From Eledone cirrhosa (Eukaryota): 64,000 nucleotides of DNA. Position numbers and translations under genes: made by a program. Location of the stretch: positions 49,476,001-49,540,000 of the forward strand of contig OZ024744.1 of assembly GCA_964016885.1 (NCBI GenBank), given 5' to 3'. The notes beneath the pieces were generated by a model. That model saw nothing but the letters and a program-made list of their open reading frames with translations. It had not been told where the DNA came from and did no database searches. Positions 48,735 to 62,200 of this stretch are shown here, one piece after another. Positions within the stretch are counted from its first letter, which is position 1. Every line of letters begins with the position of its first letter.

Positions 48735-51660
48735 GTCTGTTTCTGTTTTGATGTGTTTTGGTGTAATGTTAGAGTGCAAGGCCAATTGAGGTGAAATAAT
48801 TGTACTGTATTGTTGTTATCAGATGCAAGCAAGATTTTTGTCATGGGCGGATAGCACGGGGCCCAAGCCTTGGGTATACATTAAAGGTGATGCCAACATC
48901 ATTTGGGCTAAGCTGATGGAATATTTTCCACATCATGCAGATAATGTAGCGCTCACAGCGACGCTGGAGAGAATAAAGGTTGAGCTTTTCTAATCGACTC
49001 CAATATTCAAAGCCTGTCATGCCATCTATCTTTTTTGTAATCGATCTTTGGGGTGCTTCAACTTTCATGATACTTTGTTTCATGTGGGGAGACCACAGTT
49101 GACAAAGTATTCAAGGTGGGGTCGGGCAAAAGTGGAGAAGAGAAGGATAACAGTGTGGATATCTCTCGACTGGAAGGTTCTGAGAATCCAGGAACACATT
49201 CTTCAGGCCATGTCAACTTTGCTGTTTATATGAGTGGCCCAGCTTATGTTGTTGTCCACAATTACTCCCAGGTCTCTGATGTTGTTGGATGCCACTAGAG
49301 TTTCACCCAAAAGAAGAGAGTATGGTAGTTTCAAGGTATCCTTTTTTCCAAAGTGGATTAATTCAAACTCATCCTCATTCAACAGCATATTATTCTTTTC
49401 TGCCAATTGGATAACAGCCAGTAGGTCTGACTGAAGGCAAGTCCGGTCACCCACCTCATTGATGACCCTTTGGAGCTTGGAATCATCTGCGAAGATTCTT
49501 ATGTTGCTGTGCTTGATGATGTCAGTAATGTCATTAATGTAGATGATGAAAAGAAGTGGGCCCAACACAGTGCCTTGTGGGACGCCATTGCTGACTTTGG
49601 CAGGGCTTTATTTTACTCCTTTGACTACAATATGTTGGGTTCTGTCTGTCAGGAAACATTTGATCCACTGTAGTAACTGTCTAGAGACACCAATATTGGA
49701 TAGTTTTTTCAGTAGAATCTTATGGCCTTGCTGAAATCAATTTTGGAGCCCTCTCCCAAGGCTCTCAAAACATCATCAAAGTGGTGCAGGAGCTGCGTTA
49801 AGCTGTCCCTTGCATTATGGAACCCATGTTGGTTGGAGTTCAGCAGGCCATAGCTTTCAAGAAAGGGGGTTATTCGTGATCTCACCACCCTCTCAAATAC
49901 CTTGCTAATATGAGAGGTGAGTGAGATTTTGACGGTAGTTCACTGCATGGACTTATTTCCCTTTTTGAAGACTGAGGCAACGGACTGAGGCAGAAAGTTT
50001 TCAGGAATATAGCCAATATCCAGTGAGTTCCTCCACAGATTAGCAAGAGGAGATGCAAGTTGGTGTCGACACACCTTCAGGACACAAGCAGAGAACCTGT
50101 CGGGGCCTACTATTGAATTGTGTTTAATTTTGTTTATTGCTGCTAAGACATCAGGGGCGCCAAACATTATGTCTGATATAGTGTGTTGGGGGTTAATATC
50201 ACTGATACGGCCCAGATCGATCATATCAGGGTTGCTGAAAACAGAGCAGTATTGTTTCTGCAGTATCTCGCCCATGGTTTTGGCATTGTACTGGAGTGTG
50301 CCATTTTCATCAACTAGGGGTCCAACAGTGGAGACAGTGATCTTGTGTTTTTTAGCAAATGAAAAGAACACTTTGTGGTTGAGTTTGATTTTCTCACTGG
50401 CTCACCTCTCTTCAGCTATTCTCTGGTTATTGATGATGGTCATCATGCATTGTTGGAGGTTATATTTTTTTTATTCAAGCAGAGCAATAGCCATGTGTGT
50501 TGCTGTTGGGTGAATGTTAGAGTGTTAAATTTTTATTTTTATTTTTTTATTTTCCTGATAATTGTTTTTCTGTTTTGGGGGTGTGTTTTGTACATATATT
50601 TGTGACAGTGTCTACAAAGATCTGCCAAGATGTTTTTATGTTGGTGGAAATGTGTGCGTGTGTAAAAGACCAGTCAACATGTGATAGCTTGTTCATAATT
50701 GCATCTCAGTTGGCATTGCAGAGATCCATGTTATCAAATGGGTGGGCTAGAAAGAGGTCCCTAGGATTAGCTTTCTGTTGGTGGAATCTCAGGTTTCAAA
50801 GAACCATGTCATGGTCTGAGAGAAGGGTTTTTTCCATTGTAATATTATGTATAGTGTGGTTACTAAACACTAGATCCAGAATGTTCTTCTGATGCCTTGT
50901 TGGTGCAAGGACAAGTTGGGACAAGAAAAATTCATTCTTGAAGTCAAGAAGTGACTCGACTGCTTCTTTGTCAGTGGTTGAGGTTGTGGTGCCTGGTTTT
51001 AAACTGCTTCTAGACCAATCGACACAGGGTAGATTAAAGTCTCCCATCAAAAGTTTGTTGCTAGAATGGCACTGTTTAATAAAGCATTTAATGCTGTTGA
51101 GGATTTCTTTGAAGCAGATTATGGGTGTTTGTGGTGGCCTATAGAGCCCAACTAATGTCAGGTCATTGGCTTTGTTGTGCACAGTGACTGATTCACAGTA
51201 GCCATTGGAGAATGTTGTGTTACCATCTGCTGTAAAGGAATTCTGCGTACACGGTTGTGAAATTCCTCACTCTTACTTCAGCCTCCAAGTGGGAGTTGTC
51301 AAGGTGGGTCTCAGTAAGAATGAAGAACGGGATGTGAAATGGATGGTTACCAACCCAATCCTCAATGAATTGGATCTTCCATTTCTGTGCATTGATGGAT
51401 GGTCTGATATCTTGGTTATTGAGTAAAAATGTAGAGGCTAGTATGGTGGCTGGTTTTGACTGTTGCAGGGAGCTTGTTTTGAGATTGTGTGTTAGTGACA
51501 GCAAGGATGGTGTTGGGTGATGGCTAAAATGTTTTTCTGTATCTCATTCGCCAGGTTCATGGCTAAAAAAGAAACATTTTCTTGTTCAGGCAGCAGTTTT
51601 TGATTGGATAGGGTTGCAGTTCCCTCTTTTGTTGCTGTTGTATTTGTTGTAATTGTGTGT
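48735..51660 (-). mobile_element. CR1-group LINE ORF2 (APE + RT), pseudogenised
   Basis: ILTETHL, LVGLYRPP, MGDFNLPCVDW, ILDLVF, LSDHDMV; GVPQGTVLGPLLF, IFADDSK, LYSLQRRCERY. Confidence 0.9.
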
Positions 51661-51812
51661 TTGTGAAAAGACTGGAGCAGCATTACTTTTATATATATAT
51701 ATACATACATTTATATATATACATATATATACATACATTTATATATATACATATATATACATATATATACATATACATATATATACATATATATACATAT
51801 ACATACATATAC

Positions 51813-51848
<36 letters not shown>

Positions 51849-52007
51849 ACATACATATATATATATACATACATATATATATATACATATGTATATATAT
51901 ACATACATATGTATATATATACATATGTATATATATATATATACATATACATACATATATATATGTATATATACATATACATACATATATATATATACAT
52001 ATACATA

Positions 52008-52263
52008 CATCATCATCATTATCATCATTTTACGTCCGCTTTTCCCTGCTTGCAAGGGTGGGACGGGAACTGATTCTGGCTTGATTTCTATAGCTGGATG
52101 CCATTCCTAACACCAACCTCATTTACAGTGAGTGTTAGGTGGCTTTTTTGCCGTGGCACCTCCACGACCACTTTGCAGTGTGGGCTGGGTGCTTTTTGCC
52201 GTGGCACCTCCACGACCAGTTTGCAGTGGAATGATAGAGACCCCAGTCCTATCATCTCATTTC
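52008..52263 (-). mobile_element. SINE B, 5'-truncated, with a duplicated 3' UTR unit
   Basis: GCCGTGGCACCTCCACGACC occurs twice; chimeric tail. Confidence 0.8.
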
Positions 52264-52563
52264 TGTCTGTCATTCATTGTCTGTCCTACGCCATCTTGTT
52301 TTTGTGTGTGTTGTGTGCTTAGTTTGCGCATGTGTTACATCCGGGTGTCTATGTGTGTTTATATTTGTTTATTTATTTGTTTATTTACATGTTACTGGTT
52401 AGTTGTTTGTTCTATGTGTGTGTGTGTTTTCATTTTGACCTTAATTGTAATTTGTGATGTTGCTATTCCATTCATGTTTTCTATTTAATTTGGGTTGGAG
52501 TTCATTTTGGTCCATTCATGGACAGAACAAAGGAGAGGCACAAAAACAAAGAAAAGAATCCCC

Positions 52564-52817
52564 AGTCACTGAAGAGGTCACAGAATGTGTGACGAAAGAA
52601 CTTTGACAATATATGAACAAGCGTCTGGTTGTGGAAACAACCAACCAACCGGAAATTTATAAATTCCTAAATTTATAAATTTAATTTATAATAAATTGAA
52701 GTGAAAGCAACTGGTGCGTGTGTTTCTTATTGGCAACATGACCCTCCTAAAGTATAACAATATCGGTTTCAACACATGTTTTCAGATAAAGAATCTTGCT
52801 AAACAAATTCAGAAACG

Positions 52818-52866
<49 letters not shown>

Positions 52867-53087
52867 ATATATATGTATACTTCGTTTTTGAATTTGTTTT
52901 GCAAGATATCTTACCTGAAAATATGTGTTGAAACAGATATTGTTATACTTTGGGAGGGTCGTGTTGCCAATAAAAACACACTTGCCTGTTGGTTTTTGCT
53001 TCATTTAATTATAAATTTCCAGTTGGTTGGTTGTTTATATATTGTCAAAGTTCTTTCATCACATATTCTGTGACCTCCACAGTGACT
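52564..53087. mobile_element. Two tail-to-tail PLE-like 3' ends around a (TA)n tract
   Basis: 52564-52818 versus 52882-53087 are diverged inverted copies, each starting with a hammerhead. Confidence 0.7.
52565..52607 (+). ncRNA. Minimal hammerhead ribozyme
   Basis: GUCA CUGAAGA G GUCACA GAAUG UGUGAC GAAAG AA CUU UGAC; the inverted copy at 53044-53086 has a broken core (CUGUGGA). Confidence 0.75.
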
Positions 53088-53137
53088 AATTTCTTATTTT
53101 GTGTTGGTCATTTGCTCTGTCCTACATCATCTTGTTA

Positions 53138-53192
<55 letters not shown>

Positions 53193-53271
53193 CATCATCA
53201 TCATCATCGTTTAACGTCTATCTTCCACGATGATGATGATGATGATGATATATATATATATATACACATAC

Positions 53272-53308
<37 letters not shown>

Positions 53309-53439
53309 CACATACATATATATATATACATAAATATAGATACACACACATATATATATATACACATACATATATATACATATACATATATATATACATA
53401 TACACACACACACATATGTATATATATATATATATATGT

Positions 53440-53647
53440 GTGTGTAGGCACCACGGAAAAAAAGAACCCAGCCCTCACTGTAAATGAGGTTTGTGTTAGG
53501 AAAGGCATCCAGTTGTAGAAATCAAGCCAGAATCAGTTCCCGTATGAGCAAGACAAGGTCAGCTGACCAGACACTGCCCACAACAGGACAACCCGTCTAA
53601 CCCATGCTAGCATGGAAGAATGAACGTAAAATGGTGATGATGATGAT
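53440..53647 (+). mobile_element. RTE subfamily 2 3' UTR fragment
   Basis: AATCAAGCCAGAATCAGTTCCCGTATGAG..CCATGCTAGCATGG..(GAT)n. Confidence 0.8.
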
Positions 53648-53789
53648 ATATATATATACATGCATATAAAATAATAAAAGATCCCATAACTCCTTGTAGA
53701 GTTGTAGAAGCTCTGTTAAACAACACTTTTAGACCTGGTGGAGCCTAACCCTCTCCAGGTCTGAACACAGCCGACTTTTTTCTATAGAG

Positions 53790-53960
53790 GAAGAATCGAT
53801 CCCAGTAATGAATTGGTACATTTATTATCGAACTTGAAAGAATGAAAGGCAAAGGTAACCATGGCGGGATTTGAATTCAGAACACACAATGGTGGGACGA
53901 ATACCGTAAAATATTCTATCCATTCTATCTGGCATCTTAATAACTCTGCCAATTCACTGC
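53790..53960 (-). mobile_element. SINE A-related, older copy
   Basis: GAATGAAAGGCAAAGGTAACC..GGGATTTGAATTCAG..CTGCCAATTC. Confidence 0.65.
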
Positions 53961-53977
53961 CTACATATATATATATA

Positions 53978-54827
53978 TCGGAAAGTACAGTAGCCAGAGT
54001 AAGAACGGGATGGAAGAAGTTCAGGGAGCTACTGCCACTGCTAGCTGTAAAAGGCTTCTCCCTCAAAATGAAAGGGACTGTATGATGGGTGTATACAAAC
54101 AGCAATGTTATATGGTAGTGAGACCTGGGCGCTGTCTGTAGAAGACTTGCGTAGATTAGAAAGAAATGAAGCCTGCATGCTCTGATGGATGTGTAATAGT
54201 AATATGCGTGAATGGCAAAGCATAAACGAATTGAGAGAGAGAGACTGAGCATAAGAGGAATCAAATGCTGTGTGCAGGAGAGGCGGTTGCGCTGGTATGG
54301 ACATGTGATGCATATGAAGGATGACAGCTACATAAAAAGGTGCAGAACACTAAAGGTCGATGGAAGCCATGGAATGGCGAAACCCAAGAAGACCTGGGAT
54401 GAGATGATAAAAGCCGACCTTACCCAATTGCACCTCTCAAGGGCGATGACACAAAACTGTGACTGCTGGCGTCATGCAGTAATACAGTAATCCAACTTCC
54501 CACGGGTACAAGCCGAAGCTGAAGCATATAGACAATATGCCCCCACACCCCTCCCACTACAAAGAGGTCGTGGAGGTGTCACGGCAAAAAAGCACCCAGC
54601 CCACACTATAAAGTGAACGTGTAGGCACCATAGGAAAAAGCACCCAGCACTCACTGTAAATGAGGTTGGTGTTATGAAGGGCATCCAGCTGTAGAAATCA
54701 AGCCAGAATCAGTTCCTGTATGAGCAAGACAAGTTCAGCCGACCAGACACTGCCCACAACAGGACAACCAGCCTAACCCATGCTAGCATGGAAGAATGGA
54801 CATAAAATGGTGATGATGATGATGATG

Positions 54828-54828
<1 letters not shown>
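53978..54828 (+). mobile_element. RTE subfamily 2 3' fragment
   Basis: SESTVARVRTGWKKFRELL, QERRLRWYGHV, 3' UTR and tail; 5' end abuts TA. Short subfamily-3 tails follow at ~54869-54975 and ~55352-55466. Confidence 0.85.
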
Positions 54829-54869
<41 letters not shown>

Positions 54870-55530
54870 GACTGTGACAAATGGAGAGATGCTGTTCTGA
54901 ACAGGACCCGCCCCACCCTTGCAATCAGGAAAAAGCGGACATAAAATGATGATGATGACGATGAGGATGATGATATATAAATAAAAAGTAAGCAAACCAA
55001 TCAGAAAGGAGAAATAGGCGATTAGTTAGGCAGATTACAAGTCAATTGAGAAAATGTTAGTGCTTAATGCGTATAGATTGCCAGACAAGAAAACCAAGCA
55101 TGTCTAGCAAAATTAATATAAGCAGAGCAAAAAAGCATATATAAAATGCAGGAGATAACAACAAATATATATATTTTTTTTGAATTCATAAATATCTATA
55201 CATATATAACATATATATCTGTATCTATATGTATATAACATATATATCTATATATATAACTATATAATATATATAAATTTATATATCTATATCTATATAT
55301 ATGAATATCTAATATATATATATTTATATATCTATATATATATATATATATTACCGAGGAGATGACAAAGGACTGTGACAAGTGGAGAGATGCTGCACTG
55401 AATAGGACCCGTCCAACCCTTGCAAGCAGGGAAAAGCGGACGTAAAATGATGATGATGATGATGATCTATATCTATATATAATATATATCTATATCTATA
55501 TCCATCTATCTATATATATAAATATATACG

Positions 55531-55589
<59 letters not shown>

Positions 55590-55849
55590 CTGATGGTGGC
55601 TAAGATGCTTCCATAGGCGGTATGCCGGTTGAGCACTCTATGCTCTTACAGAGCAGAGTAAGATAGAATAGAAAACAAAAAGTCAGTGATGCATCTGAAC
55701 TCAATTTATTGTGTTACAATTGTTTCGCTGGCGGTCACGTCTAATGGTTTCCTCTAACAATGATCGCGTCTCGAGCTGTCCGCCGGCGAAACAATTGTAA
55801 CACACAATAAATTGAGTTCAGATGCATCACTGATTTTTCGTTTTCTATT
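55590..55849. mobile_element. PLE-like inverted repeat with hammerhead 3' halves
   Basis: 55666-55735 inverts at ~55779-55849; each arm reads CGAAACAAUUGUA ACAC and lacks CUGANGA. Confidence 0.55.
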
Positions 55850-55881
55850 ACATATATATATATATAATCATCATCATCATC

Positions 55882-55942
<61 letters not shown>

Positions 55943-56097
55943 TATATATATATATATACATATATATACATATATATACATATATATATATACACACACA
56001 CACATATATATATATATATACATATATATACATATATATACATATATATATATATATATACATATATATATGCATATATATATATATACACACACAC

Positions 56098-56128
<31 letters not shown>

Positions 56129-56137
56129 CACACACAC

Positions 56138-56168
<31 letters not shown>

Positions 56169-56177
56169 CACACACAC

Positions 56178-56272
<95 letters not shown>

Positions 56273-56333
56273 TATATATATATACATATATACATATATA
56301 TACATATACATATATATATATACATACATATAC

Positions 56334-56367
<34 letters not shown>

Positions 56368-56428
56368 ACATATATATATATATATATACATATATATATA
56401 CATATACATATATATACATATATATACA
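55850..56428. repeat. Long compound (TA)n/(CA)n microsatellite
   Basis: Directly visible; comparable tracts at ~13900-14140, 16128-16431 and 51688-52007. Confidence 0.95.
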
Positions 56429-58487
56429 TATCATCATCATCACCGTTTTACGTCCGTTCTTCCACGCTAGCATGGGTTAGACGGGTTGTCCGGTTGTGTG
56501 CAGTGTCTGGTCGGCTGACCATGCCTTGCTCATACAGGAACTGATCTGGCTTGATTTCTACAGCTGGATGCCCTTCCTAACACCAACCTCATTTACAGTG
56601 AGTGCTGGGTGCTTTTTCGTGGCGCCTACACGTCCACTTTACAGTGTGGGCTGGGTGCTTTTTTGCCGTGGCACCTCCACGACCACCTTGCGGTGGGGGG
56701 TGTGGGGGCATATTGTTTATATGCTTCAGCATGTACCCATGGGAGTTCGGGTACTCTGTATTACTGCGTGATGCCAGAATTCACGGTCGTGTGTCATTGT
56801 CTTTGAGAGGTGTAGTTGGGTAAGGTCGGCTTTTATCACCTCATCCCAGGTCATCTTGGGTCTCCCCACTCCGCGGTTTCCATCAACTTCTAGTGCTCTG
56901 CACCTTTTTATGCAGCTGTCATCCTTCATACGCATCACATGTCCATACCAGCGCAACCGCCTCTCCTGCACACAGCATTTGATTCCTCTTATGCTCAGTC
57001 TCTCTCTCAATTCATTTATGCTTTGTCGTTCACATATATTACTGTTACACATCCATCGGAGCATGCAGGCTTCGTTTCTCTCTAATCTACGTAAGTCTTC
57101 CACCTTCAGCGCCCAGGTCTCACTACCATGCAACATCGCTGTTCGGATACACGCATCATACAGTCTGCCTTTCATTCTGAGGGAGAAGCCTTTTGCAGCT
57201 AGCAGTGGTAGTAGTTCCCTAAACTTCTTCCATCCTGTTCTTACCCTAGTTATTGTACTTTCTGAACACCCACCTCCGTTGCTAATTCGGTCACCTAGGT
57301 AGCAGAAGCTGTCTACTGTTTCTACAGGGCCCTCCCAGAGATTGGTGGTACTTGTTTCCTGTGGCTGTTTGCTGCTTGCTGTTTCAGCACAGCTGCTGCA
57401 TGTGAATCCTACATTCTTAATTAAGCTTCCTGAGATCCCGCTACATCTCTTGTGTACCCATTGTTTGCATTTGGGGCAGAGAATGGAGTTCCTACCTACA
57501 CCTTTCCTACATACTGAGCAAGGCCATTTCCCTGAGGGGATCTGGGTTCTGTTTTCTCGTCTATTTACAAGGACCTTAGTCTTTGTCATGTTGACTTTGA
57601 GACCCTTTCTTTCTAGTCCCTGCTTCCAGGTTTGGAATTTATTCTCTAGTTCTACCATAGATTCAGCTATGAGTGCGAGGTCATCAGCATACAGGAGTTC
57701 CCATGGGCATCCGGTCTTAAACTCCTCCGTTATTGCCTGCAGGACTATGATGAACAGGAGAGGGCTAAGAACAGAGCCCTGGTGGACCTCAACCTGTACG
57801 CTAAATTCCTCGCTATACTCATTGCTAATCCTAACTTTGCTGACTGCTCCCCTATACATGGCTTGTACCGCTTTCACAAGCCATTCATCTACTCCTAGTT
57901 TTCTAAGAGCCCACCAGATTACCGCACGTGGAACTCTGTCAAAGGCTTTCTCAAGGTCGACAAATGCCAAGTAGAGTGGCTTACTTTTAGCTAGGTACTT
58001 TTCCTGTAATTGCCTCACAAGGAAGAGGGCATCAGTGGTGCCTCTTCCTGGTACAAACCCAAATTGCATCTCGTCTATTTTCACCCGGTCCCTAATCAGC
58101 TGTGCTATAACTCTTTCTGTTACTTTCATGACCTGGTCCATCAACTTTATACTTCTATAGTTTCCTCTATCTAGTGCATCGCCTTTACCTTTGTAGCAGT
58201 TGACAATGATGCTACTGCACCAATCTTTTGGTATGGCCCCTTCTAGTATTACCTGGTTAACGATACGTGTGGTTATAGTGTGACCTACAGACCCAGATGC
58301 CTTCAGCATCTCGGCAGCTATCCCCGATCGACCGGTTGCCTTCCCCATCTTCATATCTCTGATTGCCTTACTTACTACGCTGCCGCTGACTTGTACTGCT
58401 GGTCCCTCTATAGGGTCTACTTGGGTAGGGTCTCTTCTTCCCTTGCATTCTCCTCATTTAGTAATCTATCATAATGACTCTTCCGTG
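56429..58487 (-). mobile_element. RTE LINE subfamily 2, 5'-truncated, with an open 542-aa RT-PHD ORF
   Basis: ORF 56726-58354 has the complete RT motifs, a PHD finger at 57389-57520 and GRPKMTW, then the 3' UTR and (GAT)n. Confidence 0.95.
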
Positions 58488-58528
58488 CATATATATACAC
58501 ACATATATGTATACATATACATATATAT

Positions 58529-58792
58529 ATCATCATCATCATCATCATTTAACATCTATCTCCCACGCTAGCATGGTTTAGACGAGTTTGTCCCACTTGA
58601 GGCAAGATTGTTGGGTGACCGTGTCTCACTCATATAGGACTGTATCTGGCTGGTTTCCTAAGGCTGGATGCCCTTCCTTACACCAACCACATTTACATTG
58701 CGGACTGGGATCCTTTTTACCGTGTCTCTTATACGACCACTTTACAGTATAGACTGGGTGCTTTTTGTTGTGTCATCTACATGACCATTTTA
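58529..58792 (-). mobile_element. RTE 3' UTR fragment
   Basis: (CAT)n, CCACGCTAGCATGG and GGATGCCCTTCC. Confidence 0.8.
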
Positions 58793-59119
58793 CGTGTGTA
58801 GGTTCATATATATATATGTGTGAGTGCGTGTGTGTTTAGGTACTAATCTGTGGATACACGCATTTGTTTATATACATGCATACTCTTATATTTTTTTTTA
58901 TAATTATGTGCAAGCATACTTATATATATGAATTTAATCCTACTTTTAGTTTTCCACAATATTATTAAACTTGACCATCAATTAATAAATCTCATAGAAA
59001 ATCATATGCTTATTTTATCAGAATACAAATGTCCTTAGTGTGACTGTCCTACCCTAAGACACTAATTACATCCCTACTAGAGATATGCTGGTAGATCAGG
59101 CATTATATATATTTATTAT

Positions 59120-59372
59120 AAAGGAAACTGAGGTTAGTTGGACATGCTTACCGATATCCAGAGTTGACACTGCACTCAGTGCTCCTGTGGGAGCCCCTGC
59201 ATGGACACACTGGAAGAGGGAGACTGAGGTTAACATATATTGATGCCCTCAGGACAGACACTGGTCTCTTGGAGACACAGGACATGGCAGCGATGATGAG
59301 GGACAGAGACAACTGGAGAGAACTCATCCATGGATCTCGGGAATTTTACCCGCCCTAGATAGATAGATTGAT
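59120..59372 (+). mobile_element. RTE-clade 3' end with (ATAG)n tail
   Basis: RKLRLVGHAYR..VLLWEPLHGHTGRGRLRLTYID..RDNWRE, then TAGATAGATAGAT. Confidence 0.7.
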
Positions 59373-59931
59373 ATCTGTATATGTATATATATCTTTTATA
59401 TTTTAGTCTTTGATCTTTCTCTCTTATCCTACTATGGTTTTCTTAAAAGAAAATACCCTCATGGTCTTATTTCCGCTGTTTCTTCTCTTCTTCATTTTAA
59501 AACTTCTATAAATACATAATTCTGTCCTTAGGATGGAATATTTATATGTCTGTGAATATATCCACACAAACATCAGTGGGACTGTATATCTATATATCTA
59601 TGGCATTTTACATATGACTTTATATAGTGGTGAAAGGGTAATTATGCATATCTGAACACCTTGATTACGTTAGTATACTTCAAAAATATTTATGTGTGTA
59701 TTGAATTAATATCATTTGCTGCACTTGATATGTTGTGTTTGAGCATATATATATATTCATGGGGTTATTCTCTTAAGGATTTGTATACATATGCATATAT
59801 ATAGATATATATATACATATTTTATTTAAAATGATATATATATAAAGCTTCTTCTTCCCTTATTATATATAATATATATATATATATAATAAATGAAGCT
59901 TTTATTTTTTTCAATTCCATTTTATTACCTA

Positions 59932-61053
59932 CTAGCAGCAGTACCCAGCATTGCCTGAGTAGGTAAAATTATATCTGCTTTGATGAATAGGTGTTGATCT
60001 TAGCGACTGCTTCTCAATGACTCATCTATGGCCACACACAGGCCATGCGGGGGAGGGTGGTGATGACCTCTATCACTGAGAAACGCGGGTGACTGACGAA
60101 GGGGCATGCTGGGGGAGGGAGGTAATGACCTCTAACACTAAACCAAATTTCATCACGCTACTTGATTGGAAACCGATGAATTCTCAAATACACAACTAAA
60201 AGCTCAGACGACGTCAGTGGCCATCGTTTTGCCTTTGACCATCTATAAGATGTGCAATGGTAGGTTCTATCGTAGTATAAAAGTTAAACCAAATAAATTG
60301 ATTTATGTGTGGGATGGAGCCGAAGTTTCGAATTTGAACGAAATCGGTTGAAAAATGTGGGAGCTAATGATAGGTTCTATCGTAGTATAAAAGTTAAACC
60401 AAATAAATTGATTTATGTGTGGGATGGAGCCGAAGTTTCGAATTTGAACGAAATCGGTTGAAAAATGTGGGAGCTAATGATAGGTTCTATCGTAGTATAA
60501 AAGTTAAACCAAATAAATTGATTTATGTGTGGGGTGGAGCCGAAGTTTCGAATTTGAATGAAATCGGTTTAAAAATGTGGGAGCGAAAAGGTGGTATTTT
60601 CGAATATTTAAGCGGCTGCCATGCCGTTCCTGAACAAAAAATCAAAAATGTAAAGCCACGTTAAGACGTGAAATAATCAGATCTAGCATAGTGTAAAATT
60701 TGAACAAAGTAGGTTGATTAATGTGGGAGCTAGAGCCGAAAAAATGGAAATTTGAATATTTAAGCGGCTGCCATGTCGTCCCTGAACAATAGATGTAAAA
60801 TATAAATGTGGGAGCTAGAGCCAAAAATCTTATTTTTCGATACCTAAAAAAAGGTGATCCCCCTTTCGATTTTTATCTGCAGAATGACCCCGGAATAAAA
60901 AAAAACGATACGCTGATATATAGAAAACACTCCCCGATGACTAATCTATGAGCCTGTAAAGTTTCATGAAAATCGGTCGTAAGATGTAAGCCCCTATAGG
61001 TAATACACAGACACACAGACACACACACATACTTAATTTTATATATATATAGA
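59932..61053 (-). mobile_element. Non-autonomous Helitron
   Basis: Minus strand: A|TCTATATATATAT.., (TG/TCTG) microsatellite, ACCGATTTTCATGAAACTTT, 3' hairpin TACTCAG-GCAATG-CTGGGTA, then CTAG|T. Confidence 0.8.
60261..60585 (+). repeat. 110-bp tandem repeat x3 inside the Helitron
   Basis: TAGGTTCTATCGTAG starts at 60261, 60371 and 60481; units almost identical. Confidence 0.95.
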
Positions 61054-61299
61054 TTATGCAGCATTTCAGAGACAATGATTAGCTTAATAACTTCTTGTTC
61101 ATCACATCACTCGTCAGATAGGTGATTTTATTTTGGAAGATCGTATTTTCTATGTTATACTTTCATATAGTTTTTTAGAGTTGACTCCAATCAGCATTAA
61201 CGTTTATTATTTCACCTGTTGATGTTTTTGTTTGTTGGCATTGTCAAGGTATTAAGATTGGTGTCGGAAAAATGATGATGATATGCAACAAGAACTGGA

Positions 61300-62200
61300 T
61301 ACTAAATAAAAATGGGCTGAAGACAACAACATGCAATTTAATGCTGCAAAATTTCAAGCCCTATGATACCAACCTGCTAAGACAAGGAGAGTACAACAAA
61401 CCTACACCAGACCAGGAGGAATTGAAATCCACATGTCGAAATCAATACAAGACCTGGGAATAGATATGAGCCATGATGCATCGTTTCATTCACACATCAT
61501 GAAAATGGCAGCAATGGGCAGACGATTCACTGGCTGGATCTTGAGGACTTTCCAGACAAGAGACAGAGAAACCATGTTGGTACTATGGAGGACCTTTGTC
61601 CTAAGCCGACTGGACTATTTCTCCTAGCTGTGGTCACCCTATAGTATCAAACTAACCACGGAGTTTGAGGCAATCCAATGAAGCTACACCAAGAGGATTG
61701 CCACATTGAAGGAGATGAGCTACTGGGAGAGGCTAAAAGAACTAAAACTCTACTCCTTGGAATGAAGGCAAGAGAGATATGCAGTGATATATATATGGAA
61801 GATCCTGAAAGAACTAGCACCAAAATTTGGCAGTGAGAGCTGGACCAACCCTCAAACAGTATTTCATTGTGTAGTGCCAAAAGTCCTGTCTTTCACATCT
61901 AGAGTAATGGGCAGATATTGCAATAGCCTGGGGTTCAAAGACCCTCAACTCATCAACAAACTGCCAAGAAACTTGAGAGATTTGCATGGTGTGGATGTGG
62001 ATGTTTTCAAGAAACATCTTGATACTCTTCTATCCAGGATCCCAAATGAACACACGGCATGGAATAAAGGTAACTTAAGGGTAGGAACAATGAACTCCCT
62101 CCTCCATCAATGGCCAACCAATGCAGGCTGGATACAGAACATGTAGCAACAAGGGCAGTGCCCCAGCTTGGCCTCAGCTGGATGGCTGGAACAGGTAAAA
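61300..62200 (+). mobile_element. CR1-group LINE 3' fragment (second family); related tail at ~63445-63620
   Basis: QDLGIDMS, GWILRTFQTRD, VLSRLDY..WSP, LYSLE*RQERY..IYIWKIL. Confidence 0.8.

Noticed and set aside
612-56544. Many YIYI/HTHT/poly-H/poly-S ORFs
   Set aside because: They are stop-free translations of TA/CA/CAT microsatellites.
57342-57974. Long antisense ORFs over RTE RT (also 15603 and 29540)
   Set aside because: Shadow frames of the RT ORF with no independent motifs.
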